From positions 1 through 32,648 of the forward strand of contig JARKSN010000227.1 of NCBI GenBank assembly GCA_029974275.1: DNA of 32,648 bases. Reading direction: 5' to 3'. Position numbers and translations under genes: made by a program. Under the pieces are notes generated by a model. The model did not search any database. It had not been told where the DNA came from and saw only the letters and a list, made by a program, of their open reading frames with translations. Shown piece after piece: positions 9,376 through 17,826 of this stretch (its first letter is position 1; each line of letters starts with the position of its first letter). Source of the stretch: Candidatus Hydrogenedentota bacterium. Its GTDB lineage: Bacteria > Hydrogenedentota > Hydrogenedentia > Hydrogenedentales > SLHB01.

Positions 9376-10601
9376 AAGTCCGCCATCCCCCGAGCGGCGA
9401 GTCCCAGCGCCACCATGAACGGCGCGGAGTTCTCTTGCATGCGAGCGACCTCGCGTTCGTTGCTGAAGTGTAGTCTACTTCGGGCGGGATCGGCCAATTC
9501 AAGTTGGTCCATGCCAAGGTCTTCCCGCAAAGTGTCGCGCAGCAATCCCAGGTGGGCCGCGCCTCCGCTCAGGATGAGGCGGTCCACGGGTTTTTCGTAC
9601 AGTTGGTGTTCGTAATAGTCGAACGAACGGCGAATCTCCGTCACCAGGCGTCCGAGCGGAGTGGCGAGGATGTCCGCAAGCCCGGTGGCTGCGGCAGGCG
9701 CGGCGGCCGGAGATGGCGGTTTTTGGGGAACCTCCGCCATGGCATCGAGTTCGTCGTCGAATGGGTCGAGCATGGAACCGCCAACCGGGGCAGATTCGGG
9801 AGGCGGTTCGGCTTCTGCGACATAGGCATTCTCGGGCGAAGGAAGGGGGGCTTCCTCCGAAGGATGATTTTTGTCGGCGGAAAATTCCAGGAGTTGGCGC
9901 TCGGCCTCGACGTAGTCGCATCGCGTGGCTTTGGCGATGGCTTGTATCAACTCGCGCGCTCCCCAGTTGACGTCGCGGATGAAGTTGGACATTCCGTCTT
10001 TGATGAAGTGAATGCTCGTGGTGGAAGCGCCGAGGTTTACCAAGGCCACGGTTTCTCCCACGCGAAGGAAGTCGCAGCATTCGGCTGCATCGGCCAAGGC
10101 AAGCGAATCCACGCTCAATATGCCGAATTTCACGTCCGCTGTTTGGGCTACTTGCACGCGGGTGTCGATGACTTCGTGCTTGGCCGCGACGAGAAGGACT
10201 TTTAGTTTGGTTTCTCCGGCCTCGATGACCCGATCGAGGACTGTCCAGTCGAGGAACACGTCGGAAAGCTCGTAGGGAATGCTTTGTCCCGCCTCTTTTT
10301 CGACAGCCACCGCCAATTCAGCGAGGGGCATTTCCGCAAAGCGCGGATACCGAATCACGACGGTCTGCCCCGGAAGAGCCCCTACGACAAGGCTCTGGGG
10401 CAATGGCATGTTGCGAATGGCTTCGGCGAGGGCTTCGGCTTGCGCCAGGAGTGGGTCGATGTTCATTTTGTTGGGATCGATGCGGGCGTAGCCGGCCTGG
10501 TCGACACGCATGCGCCCTCCCGCCTTGGACATTTGGATGGCCTTGACGGAATGCGTTCCGATGTCAATGCCTATCGCCTTACTCGGCTTGGAAAACAACA
10601 T
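9372..10601 (-). CDS. pilM: Type IV pilus assembly protein PilM (actin-like)
   Basis: IGIDIGTHSVK, VLLVAAK, EIRRSFDYY, LILSGGAA, VALGLAAR motifs. Confidence 0.93.
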   Translation of the reverse strand: MLFSKPSKAIGIDIGTHSVKAIQMSKAGGRMRVDQAGYARIDPNKMNIDPLLAQAEALAEAIRNMPLPQSLVVGALPGQTVVIRYPRFAEMPLAELAVAVEKEAGQSIPYELSDVFLDWTVLDRVIEAGETKLKVLLVAAKHEVIDTRVQVAQTADVKFGILSVDSLALADAAECCDFLRVGETVALVNLGASTTSIHFIKDGMSNFIRDVNWGARELIQAIAKATRCDYVEAERQLLEFSADKNHPSEEAPLPSPENAYVAEAEPPPESAPVGGSMLDPFDDELDAMAEVPQKPPSPAAAPAAATGLADILATPLGRLVTEIRRSFDYYEHQLYEKPVDRLILSGGAAHLGLLRDTLREDLGMDQLELADPARSRLHFSNEREVARMQENSAPFMVALGLAARGMADL

Positions 10602-10720
10602 CGTACATGCCTTTGTGTTCGCCGGTTCGGCGCATTTTATGACTTCGCCTCTTCTTGTTTCACACGTTCACTCCTAGGTCGTATGGCGGTCACATGAAAT
10701 ATATCCCCCTTCTTCCTTCA

Positions 10721-10749
10721 ATAATATCAAAAATACAGTGTCTTGTCAA
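10721..10749 (-). promoter_or_regulatory. sigma70 promoter of the pil operon
   Basis: Minus strand TTGACA (10749-10744), 17 nt, TATTAT (10726-10721) with extended -10 TGn; AT-rich upstream. Confidence 0.75.
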
Positions 10750-10954
10750 TACTTTATTGCGCCGCCGAATCTGCGCCGAGTGAGGCAAACCTTCCTCTAT
10801 GAAGAAGTTAGGGCGGATTTCCTGTAATTGTTTCCCCGTTTCAGAACAGTGCCATGGGGCGAAGAAGAGCGTATGGGCAAGAATGTATCGGGACAGGGAC
10901 AATTCGTTCAGGAAGATCTGGAGAAAGTGGAGGGGCGCAAGGAGGCGCGATCGC

Positions 10955-10983
10955 AAAGAAGAAGCGGGCCAAACGGCCCGCCT
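10955..10983 (-). terminator. Intrinsic terminator after the 6S-like RNA
   Basis: Minus strand GCGGGCC-GUUU-GGCCCGC followed by UUCUUCUUU. Confidence 0.7.
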
Positions 10984-10989
10984 GTTTGC

Positions 10990-11170
10990 TTTCCCCGCCA
11001 TTGCCGTTGGGAAACGGTAACTTATTGAACCTTTGCGCAACGTGGGCGCCCTCACGATGGCCGTTCGGCGTCCGCTCGGAGCGGCTTGTCGTTGGCCACA
11101 CAAATATCGGGCCCCCGGTCCAATAATTAAGGTACAAAGTTACTCGACCCATTCGAACAGGGCAGGGAAA
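10990..11170 (-). ncRNA. ssrS: 6S RNA
   Basis: 181-nt rod. 5' UUUCCCUGCC pairs with 3' GGCGGGGAAA; 6S-type motifs CCCUG..UGUUCG, GGCGCCCAC, GGUUCAA, CAACGGCA; helices GUAACU/AGUUAC, UUGUACC/GGUUCAA and GGGGGCCC/GGGCGCCC flank a central bubble; own promoter and terminator. Confidence 0.8.
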
Positions 11171-11195
11171 AACGTATTCGTTTTCCGATGTTTCC

Positions 11196-11224
11196 TTTTT
11201 ACCAGAGGCGTCTCATTTCGTCAA
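11196..11224 (-). promoter_or_regulatory. Putative sigma70 promoter for the 6S RNA
   Basis: Minus strand TTGACG, 17 nt, TAAAAA with TGn extension; about 25 nt upstream of the 6S 5' stem. Confidence 0.5.
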
Positions 11225-11512
11225 GGAAAGATTTCGGGGCGGAATAGGCGTAAGATGCTGGAAGTTTTTTTTTGGAAAGCCTTGATTGGAGCCGGGAATG
11301 TTGGGGAAGGAACCGGGGTATACTTGGTAGAGAGAGTGTGTTTGCGACCGATTGGCGGGCAAACTGGGCCCCAGGAAGGCGCGGCGAGGCGTGACTTTGA
11401 ATAGAAAATTGACGTAGACGGCAACGATGGTGTGGGATGTGGGGGCGGGAGTGGATCCGGAGAGGGGCGATGTTGCTGGCGGGTCTTGAGGAAACAGGCG
11501 AACCGAGGCGAC

Positions 11513-11950
11513 ATGAAAGTTGATGGCATTCAAGCCGCGTTTAGCGATCCGGATAGGGCGGCGGCGTATGTGGCCCAAGGGATCGCGCATGATTTCCCGA
11601 ACGCCGAGGTGGAACTGATCTTGTGCGAGCCGGGCCGAAGCCGTTACCAGACTGCTTTTTGCAGGACGCACGAGCTGGCGGCTGAGCTATCGCGCATGTG
11701 TCGTTCTTTTCCGGGGGCCTCGGTGGAATACACGCCGAACCGGGCGTATGGGTTTGTGGCGGTGATTCATAGTTCGCAGCACCGGTATTACAATCCGTCG
11801 GAGCGGACGCATGACGCATCGCGGTATCATATGGTTGCGGCGAAGAATGATGGGCGCAAAGTGGCGGTGTTTGTGCGGCAGGTGAATGCGGAAGAGGTTT
11901 TGCTGGGTTCCAAAAGCATTGTCCCCCCGACGCCGCGAGTCGCCGGATAG
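11513..11950 (+). CDS. Hypothetical protein (145 aa)
   Basis: ATG 11513 with GAGG upstream; protein-like composition (MKVDGIQAAFSDPDRAAAYVAQG...); no motif recognised. Confidence 0.55.
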   Translation: MKVDGIQAAFSDPDRAAAYVAQGIAHDFPNAEVELILCEPGRSRYQTAFCRTHELAAELSRMCRSFPGASVEYTPNRAYGFVAVIHSSQHRYYNPSERTHDASRYHMVAAKNDGRKVAVFVRQVNAEEVLLGSKSIVPPTPRVAG

Positions 11951-12191
11951 GGGTGTCGTCTTGGTACAGGTCCGTGCCCGGCATCTCCGCGCGGAAAACT
12001 GTTCGCATGGACTGTGCGCGGTGTGGTAGCATGGGGGTCTTCGGGCGCCTGGCTCGAAGGCGTGCTGATAGGAACGTCAATCAAATGAGATGGGTGCGCA
12101 CGGAAAGCGAAATTCTCGGTTCGCTTTTGGGGGAAAGGGGTTGTTTCGCATTGCTCTTTTCTGCCGTTGGGCGCCGTCTCGATAGTGAAAC

Positions 12192-13169
12192 ATGCCGATA
12201 ACGTTGCCGTTGACCGAACTATATGCTCCCATCACGACCGCGCTGGCGGACGCGCGCGTGCGTGTCGGCGATGCGTGGCGGGAAGTGTTTCGTCTTGCTT
12301 CCGGGGAGTCGTTGGACCCCATCGGGGCGAGCGGAAAGCTGTTGCGCCCTGCGGCGTGTCTTTTGTCCGCTGGCGCTTCGGGAGCCGACGATTTGGATCG
12401 GTTTGTTCCGTTGGCGACCTCGATGGAGCTGCTTCATTTGGCGGCGCTGGCGCACGATGACGTGATCGACGGCGCCGGCACCCGGCGCGGGGTCAAGTCG
12501 CTTCAGTCGTTGTGGGGAAATCATGCGGCTATTCTGGGGGGGGATTTTTTGGTGGCCCATGCTTTCGGCATGTTGGCTTCGTATGGATCGTGTGCGCTTG
12601 TTCAGACCACGGTCGAGTCGTTGCGGGAGATGGCCGAGGGCGAGTTGAGCATGGCTGGGAAAGAGGCCGCCGACTTGTCGCAGCGTCTGTGCATCGATCT
12701 TGCTCGAAAAAAGACGGGGGCTCTTTTTGCGGCGGCGTGCAGCGCGCCGTGTCATCTGATTGATTCCGAGCTGTTTGGCATGATGTGGCGCTACGGCATT
12801 GCGTTGGGCACGGCGTTTCAGCTTGTGGACGATTTGCTGGATTTGCTTCAGGACGAGGAAACGTTGGGGAAACCGGCCTGCGGCGACATCACCGAGAGGA
12901 AGCCCACTCTGCCCCTGTTGTTCTTACGAGAGGGGCTTGACGCCAAAGGGCGCGATCGTCTCAATAAGAATGCGGGCAAGGCGTTGTCTCGGGACGATCG
13001 GTTGTGGGTTTCCGAGATGCTGGAGGTCACGAACGCCCGCGAGCGCACAGAGGCGATCGCGCGGAAGTTGAGCGCCGAGGCGCAGGCGTCGATCGGCGAA
13101 TTGGCGCCGAGCCCCTTCAAAGAATCGTTGCTGGGCCTTGCGGAATTCATTCTCGTGCGCGAATCCTGA
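12192..13169 (+). CDS. Trans-polyprenyl diphosphate synthase (IspB/HepT-like, long chain)
   Basis: GKLLRP, HDDVID..RRG, WGNHAAILGGDFL, KKTGALF, FQLVDDLLD; small residues before the first DDxxD suggest a long-chain product. Confidence 0.92.
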   Translation: MPITLPLTELYAPITTALADARVRVGDAWREVFRLASGESLDPIGASGKLLRPAACLLSAGASGADDLDRFVPLATSMELLHLAALAHDDVIDGAGTRRGVKSLQSLWGNHAAILGGDFLVAHAFGMLASYGSCALVQTTVESLREMAEGELSMAGKEAADLSQRLCIDLARKKTGALFAAACSAPCHLIDSELFGMMWRYGIALGTAFQLVDDLLDLLQDEETLGKPACGDITERKPTLPLLFLREGLDAKGRDRLNKNAGKALSRDDRLWVSEMLEVTNARERTEAIARKLSAEAQASIGELAPSPFKESLLGLAEFILVRES

Positions 13170-13197
13170 TCTGGGTTTCCGGGGCGGCTTATCGAAC

Positions 13198-15336
13198 ATG
13201 ACCCGAACGTTCTTGTTTGTCGCGGTTTTATGTCTGCTGTGGATGGCGGAGGCTTCCGCCGGCAAGCAGCCGGCGTGTTTTGTTCGTGCGGGGATGAAAG
13301 GCGCTCCGGCCATCGTGGTTGACGGGAGGCCGCTCCTCCCCATTTTGCTCTCGTACGAAGGCGAGTCTCCCCCTCGTGATCGGATGTTGGGGATGGCGCG
13401 CACGGCCCATGCGTCGGGCATCGACCTGATCTGTTTCCCCATCGCGCTGGATTGGCACTGCCCAGACGCGGAAGCATCCCAGACGATAGACGCGTTCTGC
13501 TCGGCCAACCCCAATGCTTTTTTTTACGTGAAAATGTGGATGGGGCCCGACGCTTCGTGGCTTGCCGAACACCCGGACGAGTGCGCCGTGGATGCCGATG
13601 GTTCGGGTTTGGCGTATGCTTCGATCGCGAGTTTGGCATGGCGCGAGGTTGCTGCTGAAAAACTTCGCGCGCGATTGCGTTTGATCCTCGATGGGCCGTA
13701 TGGAGACCGGTTCATTGGGGTTGGGATCGCTTATCTCGAGGGGGGCGGGTGGTTCTATCCGGTGGCCACTGGGCTTACCGATTATTCGTGGCCGCATCGG
13801 GCCGCCTACCGCGCATGGCTCAGGGCAAAATATCGTTCGGACAAACGATTGCGCGTTGCCTGGGACCGGGACGATGTTACGCTGCGTTCGGCGGAGTCGC
13901 CGCGTCCCGAGGAATTCGAAGCGGCAGCCGTAGCGCCGTTCCGCGACCCGAAAGCCCAGGCGCCGGCGATTGATTTCTTGCGTTTTCAGTATGCGTCGAT
14001 GGCGGAAGCCATTGCCTATTTCGCGGGCGTGGCGAAGGAGGAAATGCAGGGCCGGGGCGTGGTGGGGGTCTGGCATGGATACACGTTCGATTTGCCTGGA
14101 GAAGGTCCTTATGCGCTCGAACGTTCCGGTCATGTGGCGCTGGGACAGCTTCTGGCGTGTAAGGATATTGATATCATTCACCTTCCTTATTCGCGTTTCG
14201 ATCGGGAAATCGGCTGTCCGGGACATGTTCCCCTTGCCGTAGACTCTCTGGCGCTTCACGGCAAGCTCGGCCTTTTGGAGGATGACACGTTTCTGCATCG
14301 ATCTTCGCCTCTCGCCGGGGACAAGGCGCCGCCGGACCGTCCGCATCGCGCCTTCACGTCCGAACAGACCTTGGCGTTGGCGCAGCGAAATGCCGGAAAT
14401 TCCCTGATGCATCGCTGCGGATATGGGTTTGTCGACCGCTTTGGGGATGAAGGTTGGAGCGGCGCGTTCGGGGGGGGCGCGACGCAGCTGTTGCGACGTA
14501 TGGCGGCGGAGACGCGGGCGTATCCCTTCCGGCCTGAAATTGCGGTCGTGGTGGACGAGGATGCCGCCTTATCGGTGTCCGGGAAAGGCCATGCGTTGTT
14601 GGAGCAGAGCCTCGGGCGTTGGCGTTTCGAACTTGATCGTCTCGGCGCGCCGGTCGGCTATTATCTCCAAAGCGACTTGGAGCGCATCCCGGATTCGGTG
14701 AAAGCGTTGATTTTGGTGAATCCTTATGTCGTTTCAAGGCGTTTTCGTCTCGATATCGATCGCTTGTATGGACGAGGCGTAACCGTCGTGTGGACGTATG
14801 CGCCGGGCGTGGCTGGACCGGATGAAATCGATTGGGGCCGCATCGGCTCCATCACGGGAATCGCCGCCGCGTCGCGCATGGATGCCGCGCCGCTCCATGT
14901 AGTGGCCGCGCCTGTCGCCGACGAGATTGATTTTGGGGCGCTGGATGGATTGCCGCGCGTCGTCATCGCCGACGAACAGGCGCATCCTCTAGCACGGTAT
15001 GCCGATTCCGGGGAAATCGCTATTGCGGCGGCGCCGTGGCGCGGCGGAACTTCGGTATTTTCGGCCGTCCCAAGAATTCCGGTCGGTTTGCTGCGGTGGA
15101 TATGCGCGCGCGCCGGGGCGAGTTTCTACCGCAGCACGCCGGGGCATGTCGCCGTGGCAGGGCCGTATCTCGTGGTCCATGCGGAGAAGACCGGCCGCCT
15201 CGCGCTGAGTTGGCCCTCCCCGTTCCGGGTCGCGGACCGCCTCCTCCCCGCTCGCATCGGATCCATTTCGGTCGAGGATGGTTCATTTGTGGACGAACTG
15301 CTCGCCGGAACGACGGCGGTGTATATCTGCGAATAG
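13198..15336 (+). CDS. Secreted glycoside hydrolase, GH-A clan (GH42/beta-galactosidase-like)
   Basis: Signal peptide MTRTFLFVAVLCLLWMAEASA; WLAEHPDE, DYS..HRAAYRAWLRAKY..L..AW, SLALHGKL..LEDDT; GH42 trimerisation-like C-terminal region. Confidence 0.7.
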   Translation: MTRTFLFVAVLCLLWMAEASAGKQPACFVRAGMKGAPAIVVDGRPLLPILLSYEGESPPRDRMLGMARTAHASGIDLICFPIALDWHCPDAEASQTIDAFCSANPNAFFYVKMWMGPDASWLAEHPDECAVDADGSGLAYASIASLAWREVAAEKLRARLRLILDGPYGDRFIGVGIAYLEGGGWFYPVATGLTDYSWPHRAAYRAWLRAKYRSDKRLRVAWDRDDVTLRSAESPRPEEFEAAAVAPFRDPKAQAPAIDFLRFQYASMAEAIAYFAGVAKEEMQGRGVVGVWHGYTFDLPGEGPYALERSGHVALGQLLACKDIDIIHLPYSRFDREIGCPGHVPLAVDSLALHGKLGLLEDDTFLHRSSPLAGDKAPPDRPHRAFTSEQTLALAQRNAGNSLMHRCGYGFVDRFGDEGWSGAFGGGATQLLRRMAAETRAYPFRPEIAVVVDEDAALSVSGKGHALLEQSLGRWRFELDRLGAPVGYYLQSDLERIPDSVKALILVNPYVVSRRFRLDIDRLYGRGVTVVWTYAPGVAGPDEIDWGRIGSITGIAAASRMDAAPLHVVAAPVADEIDFGALDGLPRVVIADEQAHPLARYADSGEIAIAAAPWRGGTSVFSAVPRIPVGLLRWICARAGASFYRSTPGHVAVAGPYLVVHAEKTGRLALSWPSPFRVADRLLPARIGSISVEDGSFVDELLAGTTAVYICE

Positions 15337-15480
15337 ACGAAGTCTTGTCGGTCTCGGTCCTGTGAATCTTGTGAAAGACTCCGTCACGTGCGCGTTGAAC
15401 CTTCAGACCTCGTGGGATAGACTGAGGAAACGGGACGTGTCTGGCGTTCCCCATTTGTGCACACGCAACGGACGGACTCG

Positions 15481-16521
15481 ATGCTTGAGATCAGCGTTGT
15501 CATACCCGCCAAAGACCATCGCCCCCAACTGGCGGCGCTGTTGGATAGTCTGCGCGAAGAGAGCCAGCGGGGTTTTCTGCGCGAAGTGATCGTGGTGGAT
15601 GACGGATCGGACCCGCCGCTTGCTCCGGTCGTAGAAGCCAGAGGCGCGCGCTGCATCCGGCTGGAACAGAACCAAGGCCCTGCGCACGGAAGAAACGTCG
15701 GCGCGCGCGAAGCCGTGGGGGATGTTCTGTTTTTTATGGATGCGGACGTGCTTTGCCCTCCTGGCGCCGTCGAGAAAGCCCACGCGGTCCTCGCCCAGAA
15801 CCCCGACACGGCGGCTGTCTCGTTCATGAACCAGGCGTTCGTCGAGCGCGACAACACTTTCCAGAATTATGGAGCGGCGATCGAGCGTTTTTGGTTCGAA
15901 TCATTTTTTGGAGACGACGAGGATGTCGCCCCCATTTCCGGGTTTATGACGCGCTGCGGCGCGATTCGGAAGGATGCCTTCTGGGCGTTGGAAGGATTCG
16001 ACGAGACCTACCGGACCAACGCGCACGAAGACTACGATTTCGGCAAGCGGCTTGGCGTTCGTTTCAAATCCGTGATGACTCGGGAGCCTGTTTTTCACCA
16101 CGACTATCCCGCCTCGCTGCGCCGTCTGATTCGGAATTATTGGGTCCGGATCACGTTATTCGTTCCTTACTACCTCGAACGGCGTCCGGCGTTGGACAAG
16201 GCCCAGATATCCCGAAAGGAAGCCTTTCTCCGCCTACTGGGCTTGCTGGCTCCCGGATTTTTTCTGCTCGCTCTTCTTCCCGCGCCCGCAAAGCTGCTGT
16301 GGGGATTGGCGGGGGCGGGTTCCCTGGCGGCATATGGCTTCTATACGCGACGTTTTCTTCGCGCCGCGCGAGCATGGAGCGGAACCTTGCGTTTCGCAGC
16401 GGCCGCTTTTGTCATCCATTATGTCAGTTCGCTCGTGATTTGCGCGGGGGGGGGGTGGGCATTGGGCCAATGCGTTCTTGGCCGGTTCCGCCGCACCGCG
16501 CGGGTTGCACCGATCCGATAA
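15481..16521 (+). CDS. GT2 glycosyltransferase with C-terminal membrane helices
   Basis: ISVVIPA, VIVVDDGS, GPAHGRNVG, FMDAD, GFDE..EDYDFG; hydrophobic C-terminus. Confidence 0.92.
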   Translation: MLEISVVIPAKDHRPQLAALLDSLREESQRGFLREVIVVDDGSDPPLAPVVEARGARCIRLEQNQGPAHGRNVGAREAVGDVLFFMDADVLCPPGAVEKAHAVLAQNPDTAAVSFMNQAFVERDNTFQNYGAAIERFWFESFFGDDEDVAPISGFMTRCGAIRKDAFWALEGFDETYRTNAHEDYDFGKRLGVRFKSVMTREPVFHHDYPASLRRLIRNYWVRITLFVPYYLERRPALDKAQISRKEAFLRLLGLLAPGFFLLALLPAPAKLLWGLAGAGSLAAYGFYTRRFLRAARAWSGTLRFAAAAFVIHYVSSLVICAGGGWALGQCVLGRFRRTARVAPIR

Positions 16522-16539
16522 CTGAGGGAAAAACGGTTT

Positions 16540-17736
16540 ATGGGCCTGAAACGGCAGATCACCGCGGCTCGCGCCATGGGCGCCGCCATGTTGCTTGGAA
16601 GGATCGAGTATCTGGTTCTGCATGTGACTTCGCAGTGCAATGCCCGCTGCCGCATGTGCTTTAACTGGGACGGGATGCGCGCGCGCGCAAAGGAAGAGTC
16701 GCATTCGGTCTCCGAACTGGTCAAGCTCGCTCGCAGCATGCGTCAGCTTCCGCAACTCACGTGCTCGGGAGGGGAGCCTCTTCTGCGTGAAGACCTGCCC
16801 GAGATCGTGCAGGCGTTTTATGAGCACTCGGGAACGCGTTTTTTCTCGATCCCGACCAATGCCCTGCGCCCCGACCGCGTCGCCTCGATGGCCGAACATT
16901 TCGTCAACCATTGCCCGGACGGTTTTTTGAACTTCTGCCTTCCCTTTCACGGGGTGGATGCGCATTTTGACGACATCCTCGGCGTTCCACAGGCATACAA
17001 GCATTTTCACGACACATGGGACGTGATTCAGAAGCTGCGCGCGCGCCACGCCAATATTTCGTGCGTCTTGAATTTCGTGATGAGCAAGTTCAACTACGGG
17101 TCCTGGCGGGAGGCGCTGGACCGCGCCATGACGGACTATGCGGACGCGCCGATCGGTGTCGCCTATGCGCGCGGCCTCACGCACGAGCGGGAGGCGTCGG
17201 ATGTGCCGCTCGATGAATATCGGGCCGCGCAAGAGTACCTGCGCCAGCACAAGCGCCAAAGCAAAAACTTCAATCCGTATGTGGTGATGTTCGACACGAT
17301 CGGAGAGCTGATTACGACGGTTGTGGCGGACGTGGCCGCAGGGAATCGACGAGACATCGGCTGCCATGCGGGGCGCCGCCTTTTGGTCGTCTATGAGAAT
17401 GGATTGGTATATCCGTGCGAGATGTTGGAGGTCGTGGGCATCCCGGAGGGAAAGTCCGGCGAGACCAAACCCGAGGATCCGTGCTTGGGTAATTTGCATG
17501 ATTTCGACTATGACATGGCGGCCCTCTTGCGCACGGAGCGGGCGCGCCTGCTTACGCGATGGATCGCCCGGCACGAGTGTGCCTGCACCTGGGAATGCGC
17601 CATCTACAACCGCACCATCCATAGCCCCTCCGAGGTTCTGAAATTGGCCGCCGCGATGACCCGCAGGGCGGTCAAGCGTTCCGGATCCGAGCGATCCGCG
17701 TCTGAGGCCGAACCAGGGAATAGCTCTAGCGGATAG
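16540..17736 (+). CDS. Radical SAM protein with SPASM/twitch-like domain
   Basis: CNARCRMC, SGGEPLLR, CHAGRR..GLVYPCE, CLGNL, CACTWEC. Confidence 0.92.
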   Translation: MGLKRQITAARAMGAAMLLGRIEYLVLHVTSQCNARCRMCFNWDGMRARAKEESHSVSELVKLARSMRQLPQLTCSGGEPLLREDLPEIVQAFYEHSGTRFFSIPTNALRPDRVASMAEHFVNHCPDGFLNFCLPFHGVDAHFDDILGVPQAYKHFHDTWDVIQKLRARHANISCVLNFVMSKFNYGSWREALDRAMTDYADAPIGVAYARGLTHEREASDVPLDEYRAAQEYLRQHKRQSKNFNPYVVMFDTIGELITTVVADVAAGNRRDIGCHAGRRLLVVYENGLVYPCEMLEVVGIPEGKSGETKPEDPCLGNLHDFDYDMAALLRTERARLLTRWIARHECACTWECAIYNRTIHSPSEVLKLAAAMTRRAVKRSGSERSASEAEPGNSSSG

Positions 17737-17826
17737 TTTGTGTCCGTCGTAAATGCTGCGCTACACTTCCGTGTTCTCGTTGGACCTATGACGGTTTTTC
17801 CGTGAAAGAATGCAGACCGCCTATGA

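Noticed and set aside
10783..10825. GGCAAACC... resembling the start of a c-di-GMP-I riboswitch near pilM
   Set aside because: No GAAA tetraloop/receptor or GCAAAGCC element; wrong strand and upstream of the pil promoter.
12104..12128. AAAGCGAA/TTCGCTTT hairpin upstream of the prenyl synthase as a riboswitch terminator
   Set aside because: Weak AU-rich stem and no recognisable aptamer upstream; at most an ordinary terminator.
12175..12201. GCCGATAA as another sigma28 -10 box
   Set aside because: Overlaps the start codon region of the CDS and has no TAAAGTTT-like -35 at 11-nt spacing.
12192..13169. Polyprenyl synthase as lipid-carrier supplier for the GT2/GT-C cluster
   Set aside because: It is a trans (DDxxD) IspB-like enzyme typical of quinone side chains; glycan carriers come from cis-prenyltransferases (UppS).
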